Below, one piece after another: positions 25,601-38,991 of a stretch of DNA of 64,000 nt. The notes under the pieces were generated by a model. The model was not told where the DNA came from. It worked only from the letters and a program-made list of their open reading frames with translations, and searched no databases. The position numbers were made by a program, and so were the translations under genes. The first letter of the stretch is position 1; each line of letters begins with the position of its first letter. This DNA comes from Auanema rhodensis (Eukaryota; Animalia; Nematoda), in the NCBI GenBank assembly GCA_964057225.1, contig OZ059899.1, positions 5,704,001 to 5,768,000 of the forward strand, in the 5' to 3' direction.

Positions 25601-28600
25601 CCTATTTTTTTGTATTATACAACATTTGGTTCAGGAGCTTGTGGAAAAAATCTATATTTTCATGACTACCAATCAGTTTGAATCGTTCATCGCTACTGAT
25701 ATAGCGTCAGGAATTATTGCCCAAGTCGTTTATGTGAGTACAAAGTTTACATCCGAATTTTAGCAACCTGTTTTAGGTTAGACCTGAATATTTCAAAAAA
25801 TTTGCTGAGTTTGTTCAGAAGAAACTGAAGATTGTATTCACTCGTATGATGTGTATCATTTAATAGCCATTACCTAGTTTGTTTCAGCTGAAGTTCGTAA
25901 GCAAAGAGATGTAGATTCAGTAGTATTATGGTATATTAATCTGGCTTCCAGCATCTTCTGCACTACTAGTCATTCATTCATGAAACATAAAGATCTTAGT
26001 ATGGAATTAATTTCTTTGCTGTTGGAAGGTGAAAGCAAAGTGGCTCATGAGGTTAGTACAGTGTTACATATTTAAGTACACTATTTTATTTTAGACCGCT
26101 GCGAATTGTCTTTGGTTTTCCTTGTTTATGTTGTCTCGTACATATACTACACAACAGCGCGTAATAGCTAATTCTTTTAGTCGACCTTTAACGGAGTGGC
26201 TACCTATTCGCGTCAGTTTTGAAAATACTTAGCGAACTATGTTTTGTTGTTATAGGAATGGGCTAAAGTATATCAAGAGCATGAAGTGTCGATTTCTTGG
26301 CATGTTCCTACTGAGCATAATAAAGTTATTGTTTCCGAGATCTTACATACTTTTATGTTTCCAATAATGGAAAAGCTTCGAACCGAAAAGTTAGACACGT
26401 ACGTTTTTCTCTATTAGCTCCAACGCTCATTTATCTCTTTTACAGTTTCACGATGAGAAGATACATCAATCAATTGCATGTTTGTTTTTGCGGTGCCATA
26501 CCCTGTCTTCCCGTTCCTGAATCTGCCAAAGGACCTGTAGTTGAAGAGAATTGTTCAGTTCTTCCTCTAACGAAACGAGGTCCTATTGGGTGCATAAACA
26601 AATATTTTGGTTAGTTTTTATAATTCAAAAACGGAGTTTTGAATCTAACCTTGAGTACATGTAGATATTCCATACACGGATGGGCGCAATGTTCGCGAAG
26701 TGTTGCTTGAAATTTTGGAGGATATCATCAATCGTTTAGCTAATTCAAAAGAAGATCATCAAGTTCTTGGTACAATTACAGCTTTTTTGAGAGCTTTGAT
26801 TGATGATAACAGCATTGACATGGTATTTTCTTATTACTTAGGAATTCATTTGTATTTTTAACTATAGGGTGAATTGAATAGCGTTAACAGTAAAACTACC
26901 GAAGTGTTCGGAAATTTGAGTGATCCTTGTATGTTCGCTAAGCGCTTACCCATGAGTTCAATGGAATATTATGTGCACACTATTCACTTGGTAAAGTTCA
27001 TTTAGCATTTTTTCTGCAAATGAGAGTATTTTCAGACTTTCGCCTGCCACGAGCAAACTCACAATTATTCGCTTTATCAGAAAAAAATAATGCATTTACT
27101 TTTAAAGTTGGCTGTAAATAGTTATCCAGAGGTAATATTCATTAAAATTTTTGAAATTCAACAAATTTATAGGTCCGTGCATCTGCAAAGTGCGAATTAA
27201 ATCAAATGTTTACTGATTATCCTCAAGCTAAAGCTGGTCTCATTGAAGAAATTGCAAAGATTTTGGAAGATCCTAACAGCTCTGATGAGTGTCTCAAGGG
27301 AGCTCTCACTATTATTCGTGAAAACAAATTCGCTTGTTCATTTAATGCTAGGTTACGAACCATATTATGGAAAGCCTTGATCAATATGCGGGTAAATATA
27401 ATTCTCACACTTATACTAAATTAACCTCGATTTTTTAAAGATGATTGAGCTACCTTTCTTCATTGAAACTATGGATGCCATCTGGGGCCAGATAGGAACT
27501 CTCACTATAAAAAAGAAGAGCAATAAGGTATAAAATATTTTGAGAATTGCATTAATAATGTATTTAAGCCGTTATCCCCTGAAACAGTTTCATTTGCAAG
27601 AGAATGGTGGAATGAGCTACCAAAACATGGCATGTGGAAACAGTACGATACTGAAGAAAAAATTGAGGCAGCTGTTGTTCGTAAGGCAGAGAGATACGAA
27701 GTGCTAAAACAGTATGAATCATAATCTAAATTTGTTGTACAAAATAACTATTAAGAGATCAGAACATCCTTGTTCAAACGCTTTTAAACATTTTTGACAA
27801 ATCTTCTACTCTTCATCATTCAAGAGCTAAGATTTGTCGAACGATGTTATGGAGATGTCAAAGACAGCTAGCAAAAGTGGAAACTATTCGAGTAATTTGA
27901 ACTGATTATAAACTATTTCTATGTAACAATTTTCAGATTTTACTGAATAAAATGCTAGATGATGAAGAATATTTGCGTAGTAGAAGTGCTGACGAATTAT
28001 CATTTTGGTTGAAAAAGAATAAACCAAAAACAATTCGCATGGAGTGGGAATGCCCTAAGAGAGTAAGTTTGTATATATATGATTTAATTTCTATTCATCT
28101 TTTTAGCCTGATAATTGTCCTATGCTTCTGTGTGGTATTCGTAAAGACAACCTTTGTGTTGCATATGATTCAGAAAATCTTCCCGACACAGAGGAAAAAT
28201 GGAATAAGACTGTGTTTTTCACCAGGCTCTATGGTTGCTACCAATGGCCCAAGTATGAATATTCAAATTAATACCATTTCAATATCTATTTCAGGTCTTT
28301 GAGCTTAGTTACGTATGCATCTAATCAGTTGTTAGATCGACCTGAATTATCTCCAGAGGAGGAAGCTATCGTTAACTGGTTTGAGGTAATTAGTAAAAAA
28401 AACAATTTCAATTATGTCTACAATGTTAAGAATACATCTAATGTTCAAAAATGGGTTGAGCTTATGCTTGTTAAAAAGAAAGATGAGGGTGCAATAGTCG
28501 AAAGTACCTGGTGGTTGGTCAAGGTAGTTACTTTTTGTGCCGCTTCTTTATTCCTGTTTTTATAGTATGTTTTACGAAATTTCCCTCATAACACTAAAAT

Positions 28601-30619
28601 TTATGACAATTTTATAAATGTTTTACGTGATCTTATAAAATCAAAAGATGTGAGTTTTCAACTGTTTTGATTTTCAAATAAATGGCATATTCTAGAGAGA
28701 AAAGCAACGTTTAGCATCAGAAATATTTTTGGGAATCGGAAAAGGAACTAAATATTATTCATTCGAGAAACTGGATAAAATGTGGAAATGGCTTGCTCCT
28801 GCTGTTGATTCTTTATATGATATAATGAACAATGAAGCAGAGTTAGCATGGGTAAATTCAATGGCGAGAGTAAGAATAAACGGATTTTTTTTGTTTTTTT
28901 ATTTTATGATTTAAGTTGTTTAATAAGGAGGATCCTCGGAGATATTGGTGGCTTATCGAACAACTAATTCAGGGCATGAGTCGGCCAGCACCAACACCTT
29001 GGCATCAAGCACTGTATTTATTTTTGTTTGGCTCGGTTTAATGGTTCTATCGTAGGCGTTCTGATGTAATCCACGCGAATAGATGGCGTGACATAGAAAT
29101 AAGAAAGCGAATCTGTGAGATATCCTGGGAACAACTACCCAATGCTTCAACAGAATTACAGAGGAATGCCGTATCTACGTTATTTATTTTTTACAGTATC
29201 TATCGTAACTTCTCGTATTTTTCAGATCATTAAAACATATTTGTACCCTGTATGATTCAAATCTTTGCAACGATTTTGATCAAATTCCTGAACGATTCCA
29301 CCTCCGTGGTACTGATTTTTGGTTGAAACGGTTTGAAGATAAAGTAATAATATTTCCCTTATTGCCATTTTATTTTGTTTGCTTGACTTATTTATAGATT
29401 AATTGCTTAGAAGAAATGCATTTAACATCTAGCGTTTCAATGATCGATGCAGCTACATTCGAAAAGAAACATCAATCTCCTTTAGGCTTGAGACGACATA
29501 GTCAACAGGATCTCAGCTTCGATGAAGATAAGGAGCGTTTGGTATGTTATGGATACTTCTACAAATTACCACAAATTATTTCTCCTAATGACTTATACAT
29601 TCATTCCCTATTCAGTCTTTGGTTTATCTTCGAACCTTAATTGAGTTCTTGTTACAATATTATGAAGATTGTATGATCAGTTTAACAGATGGAATTATCT
29701 CTAAATTTCCTATGCTTGTTCATTATGCTAATGAGGATGAGTCAGAGTAAGAAAATCGAAAGAATTCCAAAATAAATAATGGTTTGCTCATTTCAGAGAA
29801 CAGTCGACGTTCCGAGATTTTGATATTAAGCAGAATGCTTCGCTTTTAGTTCACGACTATATGGGTAGTTTGTTTTTATCAGAAAAGTATGCTGACAGTT
29901 TTCTTCATACTGTTATTAGTGTATGGCTTTTTCTTTATAAATAGCACAAGTGATTATTTTAGTCCTTTGATTCTTCTTGCCAATGGCGCGTAAAAGTGTC
30001 CGTTTTGAAATATGTTCAAGTACTGGTATTCTCAAATATCTTTATATGTGAAAAGGAAAATAGAAGAACCTTAATTTTGAATTTTTTATTCAGAGCTCTT
30101 CCGGATGTTCAGGTAACATAAATAACTATTAGTTGGAGCAAATGAAGTTTTTTCAGAGTGAAGTTCGACAAGAAGCTTATCAATGCTTGCTTTCTTTAGC
30201 TCATTGTGAATATATCAAATTGGATTCTGGCGTTGTGGTATATCTACTACATTAATGAGCATATTGATTACTTTTTTCAGGAACGCTTGCATAAGATGAA
30301 TTCACGTTCAGAACGACGTTTCCAACACGGTGCTGTTTTAGGTTATGCTGCTTTAGTTATGGCATTCCCATACTCAACCCCCAAGGGGATTATACCTGTT
30401 ATTCAAAAACTTTGTGTAGTAACCTCTAGAAATGCTGAGATCCAGGTAAATATAATTTGTTCTGGCTAAAGCTAATAATTGTTTCAGTCAACTGCAACTA
30501 TTGCTTTACGAGAATTCCGCAGAAGTCATAGAGACGAGTGGGAAAAGACTAGTCAAGTTCTCGGTCCTCAATTACTTTATCAAATTGAAAATGCTATTGC
30601 TCCGTTATATTACGTGTAA
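22646..30619 (+). CDS. psme-4: Proteasome activator complex subunit 4 (PA200/Blm10), about 45 introns
   Basis: Spliced translation matches PA200 blocks: LLPYHNDL, DLELDWKPVY, FLPT, FSRILRSLGL, FLHPSNAG, TYPAL..EPHRL, IDINDVEKT, EWAK...ISWHVP, DPRRYWWL, HGAVLG..ALVMAFPY, LREFRRSHRDEW, C-terminal APLYYV* (YYX proteasome-docking motif). Start uncertain (22646 or 22913). Confidence 0.93.
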
Positions 30620-31140
30620 TACATTCGAAATAATCGGTGGAATGTAAAATAGATTTGTTATGTTTTACAACTTGTCATGCCATCTGTTTTTCTAACTTAT
30701 AACCTCAGTGTGCCCTCAACATATTGTAATATATGCTTAGAAATTTCCGGTGTGATATAAGGTGATTACACATGAATTGCTTTTCAGTTATCAAAAAAGT
30801 AGGGTATCTGTGATGACAAGTTGCTTGATTTTTATTGGCTCAGTAATAAATTTCTTTTCTATTGAATGTTTTCAACAAGTTGCAATGAAATTGAAACTCA
30901 GATTAGATAAGGTGTATAACATATTCGTTCAAAATTTATGTCGCTCATCGCGTCAGGACCATTTTTCAATTTTGTCGTGGCATACGTTTAGCATTGATTC
31001 TCATATATTGAAATCTGTATGTTCTGTGTAATTGTTTTTAATATATAATTTCGACTTTAATGCTTAGATGAAGCTGACCCGCTAATGATTTAACATTATT
31101 GTATTTAATCTTCTAAGTTTACATTATGTATATTTTTAGA

Positions 31141-33883
31141 ATGCGACCAGTTCTGGTTGCTGCTATTGTCCTTGTGGGCTTAGCCTCTTCATTTTATCTA
31201 CCAGGCTTGGCTCCAGTGAATTTTTGTGAGCGAAAAAATGAAAAAGCAAATTGCCCAGTGAGTATATATTAAAATATTTAATGCTTATATTGTTTACTAG
31301 AGTAATATAACCTTATATGTTAATCGTCTTGACAGTGATCAGTCGGTTATTCCTTATGAGTATCACAGGTATGATAATTGAAAGTATTTCTAAGAAGCTT
31401 ACTCTCTTTATTAGTTTTGACTTTTGCTATGGCTCTGAAGATGAATCTCCTGTTGAGAATCTGGGCCAAGTCCTTTTTGGTGAAAGAATTAGACCCAGTC
31501 AATATGCTGTGAGTCATGCATATAAAATACATTCAAAAAACTTTTCAATGTTATTGCAGATTTCTTTCTTAGAGAAGAAGGAATGTGCTTTATTATGCAA
31601 TAAAAAATATAATGGTCAAAATGATCTTGCCAAAATCTTACACTTGCAAAAAGGAATGAGATTGAATTATCAACATCATTGGTATTCAGACATCATTGTG
31701 CCAAATAATATAATTTTGTTGGTTCTAGGATTATTGATAATATGCCAGTTACTTTCTGTTTTACGAATCAACAAAATATGAATGTTTGTACCACCGGATT
31801 TCCAATGGGATGTTACGTGGATAAAAGCGGGAATCAACATGATGCTTGTGTGCTGGATGTAGTTTTGATTTTTTTTAACAATCACTTTTTTTTATTTTTA
31901 GCCAAGATTTAGTCAGTCCGATAGTTATTATCTTTTCAATCATGTCGATATTTCGATTGAATACAGAGATATGTCCCACGACCCGAATTTCCTCGAAGAA
32001 AAGGTTTTTTATTATATGTTTCGCGTTCTATATTGCTTGGCTTAGGTTGGAGGAAGAATAATTCATATAAATATTCAACCACGTTCAATCAAACACAAAG
32101 ATACTTCTAATCTTCATTGCTCTGAAGATGCGCCTCCACTTGCTCTTAAATCTTCTGAAACAAGTGCAGAAATTATCTATACCTATTCAATTAAATGGAA
32201 GGTATTAACAATTTTTTTACTTCAAAGTTTTTGAGACTATCATTTTTAGGACACTAAAGTCAAGTGGTCTTCACGTTGGGATTACATTTTGGATTCTATT
32301 CCACACACTAACATTCAATGGTTTTCTATCATGAATTCACTTGTAATCGTGCTTTTCCTCTCCGGAATGGTATGTGATTACCTTATTAGTTAGTTCAAAG
32401 ATCTTTTAATTTAGGTTGGTATGATTATGATGAGAACCCTTCATAGGGACATCACCAAGTATAATGAAGAAAATGAGGTATAATACTGAGTTTGTTCTGA
32501 AGTTATTTCTTTGGTATAGGAGGATGCTCAGGAAGAGTTTGGATGGAAACTTGTTCATGGAGATGTTTTCCGTGCACCACGTTACGCCATGATGCTTTCA
32601 GTTTTTATTGGAGCTGGAACCCAAACATTGTTCATGGTTGCAATTACTCTTGGTAAATTTGTAATTTAAAAAATCCTTTTCATTCGGTATTCACAGTGTT
32701 TGCTTGCTTGGGATTCCTCTCTCCTGCTAATCGTGGTTCATTGATGACTTTTGGTCTGGTTTTCTATGTATTTTTTGGAATTGTTGCTGGATATGTGTCG
32801 GCCAGATTATATAAGAGTACGATGTAAATTCATATCAATCGCTCTAACTTTGTTTTTTCAGCTTTTCAAGGCGTTCATTGGAAGACAAATGTTCTCCTCA
32901 CCAGTTTCTTGGTTCCTGGGTACTATTTTAAAGAGCTAATTCAATTTTAATTGTTTAATTTTAGAATGTTGTTCTCTATCTTCTTCTTTACGAACTTGCT
33001 TTTATGGAGTAAAGGGTCATCTGCTGCTGTTCCTTTTGGAACTCTTGTAGCGTTGCTCTCATTATGGCTGTTCATTTCCACTCCAATGACTTTCATTGGA
33101 GCTTTCTTTGGGTTTAAGAAAAGAGTGAGTATTTTTATTAAAAGTTTATTGAATCGTTATTTTTTTACAGGGATTTGAAGCACCTGTACGCACCAACCAG
33201 ATTCCTCGCCAAGTTCCTGAACAAACCATGTACACTAAACCACTTCCCGGTATGCTAATGGGAGGTATCTTGCCATTCGGTTGTATATTTATCCAACTTT
33301 TCTTCATTCTAAACAGTATTTGGTAAGAAAATAGTTATGGATTTTGATTATGATATATTGACTCATTTGCAGGGCTCATCAAACTTATTACATGTTTGGC
33401 TTCCTGTTTCTTGTTTTCCTAATCCTTATTATAACTTGCTCTGAAGCAACAATTTTGTTGGCCTATTTCCATCTATGTGCAGAGGTTTTGAATATCATAG
33501 TTTACAGTTTAGAGTTGATATTTAGGATTATCATTGGTGGTGGAGATCGTTCATGACAAGTGGGTTCACCGCAGTGTACTTGTTCTTATATTGCGTTCAC
33601 TTCTTTAATAGCAAGCTAACGATTAGTGGAGTTGTAAGTTTATTTGCTTTTGATTGAAATATTTTGAAATATATTTATATTTTAACTGGAACATGTATTA
33701 TAGATATCAACAATATTATATTTCTCCTATACATTGATTTTCGTTTTCATGTTCTTCCTAATGACAGGTTAGTGTAACGAAAATGGAGAATAATGAACAT
33801 ATTTTAAAATTTTAGGAACAATAGGGTTTATCTCCACTTACTGGTTTGTACGCAAGATCTATTCCTCTATCAAAGTCGACTAA
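31141..33883 (+). CDS. TM9SF2: Transmembrane 9 superfamily member 2 (nonaspanin/EMP70)
   Basis: Signal peptide then [95 protein letters not shown]-terminal IYSSIKVD*. Confidence 0.96.
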
Positions 33884-34417
33884 AATGTTGAAAGAATAAT
33901 TATGAACTCATTCATTAGAATTGTTACTGATTGTATATGGTGTGTTTGGTCTTGACAAATATTCTTATAAGTTTATTTCGGATTTGTATTCAATGCTTTA
34001 TAAAAACAGGCATGGAATAAGTTAAAACTTGTATTTATATAACACATCCTTGTCTGTTTTATTTATATTTTACCGGAGAAATTTGTTCACATTTTATTAA
34101 TATTTAATAATGCATATTTATATGGGATGTAGCATTTGTTCTTTATAACCGTTTAAGGTTTTTTTGGTATGTCTGTTTCCTTTTAAAGTGTTAGCCAGTC
34201 GTGTGGCTGTGTGACATATTTTATTTGACTGTGATAATAAACGGATGTATTCAGTTTTTAACAAAATTAGCTTTATCTATGATGATTAATATGAACAAGG
34301 CGAACCGAAAAAACGTATTAAGGACCAATGTTGTTTATTTGCTTATTTCATGTTAATCTAAGTGTATGGGTAAAGATGAACCGAGATTGTTCTGAAGTCA
34401 ATTCTATTCTTTGAACT

Positions 34418-36001
34418 TCATCGTCTCCTACCGAAGGCCATGGAAACGAATCTGAATGAGAAATTTTTTCAAAAATTCAATTGAGCGTTAGCTAAATAAA
34501 TACCTGGGGTCATCAAATTGGAATTCAGAACGCTTTCCAAACGAGCTAGTCAGGAATCTATAATTTTTCTTTTATAAGAATTATGAATAATAATAAAGAA
34601 CCTTGGATCATCAAAGCCTGATCGTTTCCCAAATGATGTGGAGAAATATCTGAAAAGGAACTTTTGAGAATGTTTTCCGGAACTCTTTTACGAGAGATTG
34701 AAAGCAATAGAATGTTTTGGTTCTATATGCAAAACGAATATTATAAATTCATTATCCCTAATTTTGATCAGTCATATCAACGTTTGACATCATTTTATTA
34801 TTTTAAGTTATGAATGCGCGTTGTATGACTTTTATATGTACTCTTAGGTCATAACAGAACACTAGAACTCGAAGACCTCTTCTCTATTCAACTATATCTA
34901 AAAGTTAGTGAACAGAAATAAAAGTTGTTTTTGTAGTAAGCCAATTCCGGAAACCGAAATTTGCACACTCTGCTTAATTCAGTGTTCACCGTTCATAAAA
35001 AATAGATAATTCATTCGCTTTCAAAACCAAATTCTTGACAGGTAGGCTTGAACTAGCAAACTTCCATATTCCAACAGATTGCGTAGTCGCTCAGTTCATT
35101 GGATAAGGAAAAGCATTTAGAAGTTTTTTTAAAAAAAGTCTTCTTTATATATCCTATAGTTCTATGGAATTTTTTGAGTCGAAGTATATAAATACATTCA
35201 TACTTCAAACAATGAAAAGAATTTATCGAAGTTTAGGTACATGACAAGGTGTCATTGAATTTTTGCATATTTAAACAATATTACAAGCTAACTCTCCGCT
35301 ATTTGTTTGTTTTGCTCTAGCGGTACATTGTACATTTTTGGTTTCGAAGAGCGGTTATTTTTTTGTTTGATCATTTGTAAATTCTATACAATTTTACGAA
35401 AATAGTACGTTGATGTCATTGCCCTTGGAAGGCTGTTCAATTTCAATATTTAATATAAATAGTGGAAGTATATTTACAGGGAAGCCTTATGTTGAATTCA
35501 TATTCTTCAACGAAAAACTGGTTTAAAAGAAATAATTATTCGATTTTAACTATGGTATTTTATTCTTGAAAGCACTCAATGCCTAAGCAAAATCATACCT
35601 CGGATCATCCATTGCTTCTCTCTTTCCAAAAGCATTTGAGAACATTCTTGGATCTTCGAACAATACCGATCTAGATTAAAATTATTTATTCGAATTGAAT
35701 CTGTTTTAATTACCTCTCTGTTCGTTCCTGAGGAGGGTTTGAACTTCTTTTTCCAAACGCTGAAGAAAACATTCTACAAGAAACAATAACGTAGCAAGTA
35801 TTAAATACATGTTTACCTTGGATCATCGAACTCCGTCCTTTTGTCATATTGTGAAGCATATCTGGAATTTATTATAATACTGAGATCATCTTGAATATGA
35901 TTTGATAGCATATGGATATAGCTAAATAGTACTTACAATTCATTTGTTGGTATAAGTCCTCCGGCTACCACGCCAAACATCATTACTACCAGCAAGAGCA
36001 T
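34418..36001 (-). CDS. nlp-7: NLP-7-type neuropeptide precursor with five (D/E)DPRxxxxxF-amide peptides
   Basis: Signal peptide MLLLVVMMFGVVAG. Basic-site-flanked peptides TEFDDPRMFSSAFG, SVLFEDPRMFSNAFG, EAMDDPRYFSTSFG, SGFDDPRFLTSSFG, SEFQFDDPRFVSMAFG-RRR*. Matches the C. elegans NLP-7 motif (DFDDPRMFTSSFG, recalled). Absent from the ORF track because exons are tiny. Confidence 0.9.
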
Positions 36002-38951
36002 ATCACCCTATTAAAAGATTTCGATAAATATACGTCATATTATGGTCATATTAATTGGAGAACAGGATGTATAGTCTGCATGGATATAATATTTCGATAA
36101 AAATTGGAATGAATTTGTAAATGGGAGAAACATGAAGAACATATTTGAACTGAAATTAGATACCACAATGAAGATGGAAATAGAAAATATTTTGGTGGAT
36201 TATATTTTCTTTGGTATTTGTAAGATATTTTATCAATTAATCAATAGGTATAAACAGGATGTTATGTAAAGAATACAATTCAAATGGAAACATATTGCGA
36301 ATATTGGTCGGATGAAGCTATGCATGAGGGTGATATTCTAAGAAACGAATTCGGAAACAAGAAAAAGCTAGTCTGGTATTCGTTAGTATTAATCAAAATT
36401 TTTATTGGATAACAGATTTAACGAACTTCAAGGAAATGAATACTTAATATGCTAACATATACGAGAATAACTTTTATATGATAATATTTATTCCTCAACT
36501 GTGAGAAGAATAATGAAAGATAGGAAAGCTTGAATTTTGAATGTCAACGCTTTTCCGTACAATATACTCAAAAACACTTTTCCGATTAATGTCGCAAGAG
36601 CACGCGTATTCCTACTGTCTACATAGTTTTGAATTTTTTTTTAAAACCGGGGAAGAAAAACAATATTATGCATTCCCCCAAAAGTTATGTATGTGGGTAA
36701 TACTATAAACATTTTAGCATATGAAGATTTCTTTAAATAGTTCTACATCATAATAATAAGAGAGAAGATTTATATGGAAATAACGTAATCTGCCAAGTAA
36801 GATGAGATGTGTCTCTGTCTCACTATATATTAAAACAGATCAAAATGAAGAATGAGCCAAGTTGAGTGATGAAGAGAGCCTGAGAAAAATGATTGTTTTT
36901 GTCCTCCTACCATGATAAAAATGTTCAAACTAGGAAAAGAGAAAGAACAGAATATGACAATGAATATAGCCATAATATTATGTCTTAAACTAAAATAATA
37001 GTTCACAATCCGATATATTCGTTCCAACTATTAGGTCATTTGAGAACATCAACTTAATTTTTTTGCAATCTAATGTACTTGTAGCAGCTGTTCGTTTTGA
37101 TAAATAACAAAGCTATCTGAATTTCTGTGTTCGTCATTTATGATTACACTTTTGATTTAAAAGAGTTATACACGATATTGTTGTTTTTCTCATACTAAGG
37201 TTGTTCTTTGTGATTATATGAAACAATAATAATACATAGAGCATATAAGTTATATTAAAACTATATAAGTTACTCTTAAGTATAGCTTTATGACGTTAGA
37301 ACTTTGTTTATGAAGAATTTAATCAGAATTTCAAAATTCATAATTAATATGACGTATAGAAAATGTTAAAAAATATAAGGATGAATATAGGTGACTTTAT
37401 CTACTCTCTTTATATCTCTCTCTCAGCGTAAATGATGAAAAAGTGTAGGAAGAGACGGCACTTACATTCACTGACGTTTACTTGCCATATCTAAAGGTTT
37501 CAAATTTAAGGCTTCTCAAGCCAGATTAAATAGAGATAGACAATAGAAAATGCAGATGATTCCTTGTTTCTATTTATTTCTCATCGTACTACCTTTTAAT
37601 TATTATACTAAACAAATTTCGTAGGATCGTAGAAATGTTAAGAGCCATTTCAATCATTATCTTAATTGTAAAAAAGGGTTTAAAATATATATAAAAATTT
37701 AAATTATAATGAAAAACAATCATTAGAGTATTTGAAAAGAAACTTATAAGAATTGTTTTATTATTTTTTGGTTAGTAGCCTCTTTGAGATATTATGAAAG
37801 GTGGGTAGGGGGTCGAAGATGAATATCTCAAAGAAAACGCTATGATAGAAATTTAAAAGGCTTGTAGTGTCAGACTTCAACAATAGCACCTCCATGAACA
37901 ACAGAGCGGACTAAATAAATTGAATTATTAGAAGATATTTTCTTCTGAAAAGTCTCATCAAAGAACCAAATTTCTTTTTCATCACTCGAAAATGAGTAGT
38001 TATAAACAATAAATTTATCAACACGTGAGATTGAAGAGTATTTTAAACTATAATATAAGTAAAGTATATGAAAAAAATGTCGTATTGTTTAATTTAAATA
38101 TATATTTAAATAAGTAACGTCACATTTTATCAGAAATTCAGGTCATACTATATTTCGTAGCCAATAATCTTAAAAATAAAAGTTAAAAAAGAAAAAAAAC
38201 TTTGTTTTATTGTTCAAATATAACATTTTGAAACAAAATGTAACAAAATGAAAAATTAGCATAAATTAAAATTGCTCTGGCAACAGCTATTCATTCACGT
38301 GAACGTTAACACAGCATGAACACGTCATTTTGGAAAAGTTGAATAGTTGCTTACACAGGGAACTGGCCATATAACATATGCTATCTAATGAGAAAATTTA
38401 ATTAGATTTGTTTTTCCAATATACAAGTCATTTTAAATATTAATGCTAAAAATTTCTTCAAAAATAGAATATTTTATGTAGTATTTCTCTGAATGAAATC
38501 GAGAAAATCGTTCTTATGATATCTGATTATCTAATTCTTTATGAAATCAAAGTGTTATAAATTTTATAAGTAGTTGATCTACCATTTGATATATGTCGTA
38601 TGTGGATGAGCTGATGATCGGACATCAAAACAATTATGAAAATAGTTTGTGGACATAAATCTTCTATTTCTGAGCTACTTAAATAAATTGTCAAAACCAC
38701 ACATCATACTTAATTCTCTTCTTTTCAATTTCTCGAAATTCATTCTCTTAAGATCAAAGTTCATGCAAAGGTTTCTCTTGACTACAATTTGTATATTAAA
38801 TAGAGCCTTTAAGTGAATGATTGAAAACGTTGTCATTATTTTTGAATGAATTTGATGTCATCTAGATGACGAGAACTATACCCAAAACTGTGTCTCGTGA
38901 TCAGACTATAAGTTTATGAAAAACAAACAAAAAACGGATTGTATGGCTATC

Positions 38952-38957
<6 letters not shown>

Positions 38958-38989
<32 letters not shown>
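38958..38989. repeat. (AT)16 microsatellite
   Basis: Perfect dinucleotide run. Confidence 0.95.

Positions 38990-38991
<2 letters not shown>

Noticed and set aside
3694-27590. Scattered CTGTTTCA piRNA (Ruby) motif matches
   Set aside because: Only a handful, several inside exons or splice sites; no cluster-like density.
37431-37480. C/D-box snoRNA-like ATGATGA...CTGA
   Set aside because: Only ~33 nt between boxes, imperfect terminal stem, no recognisable rRNA guide.
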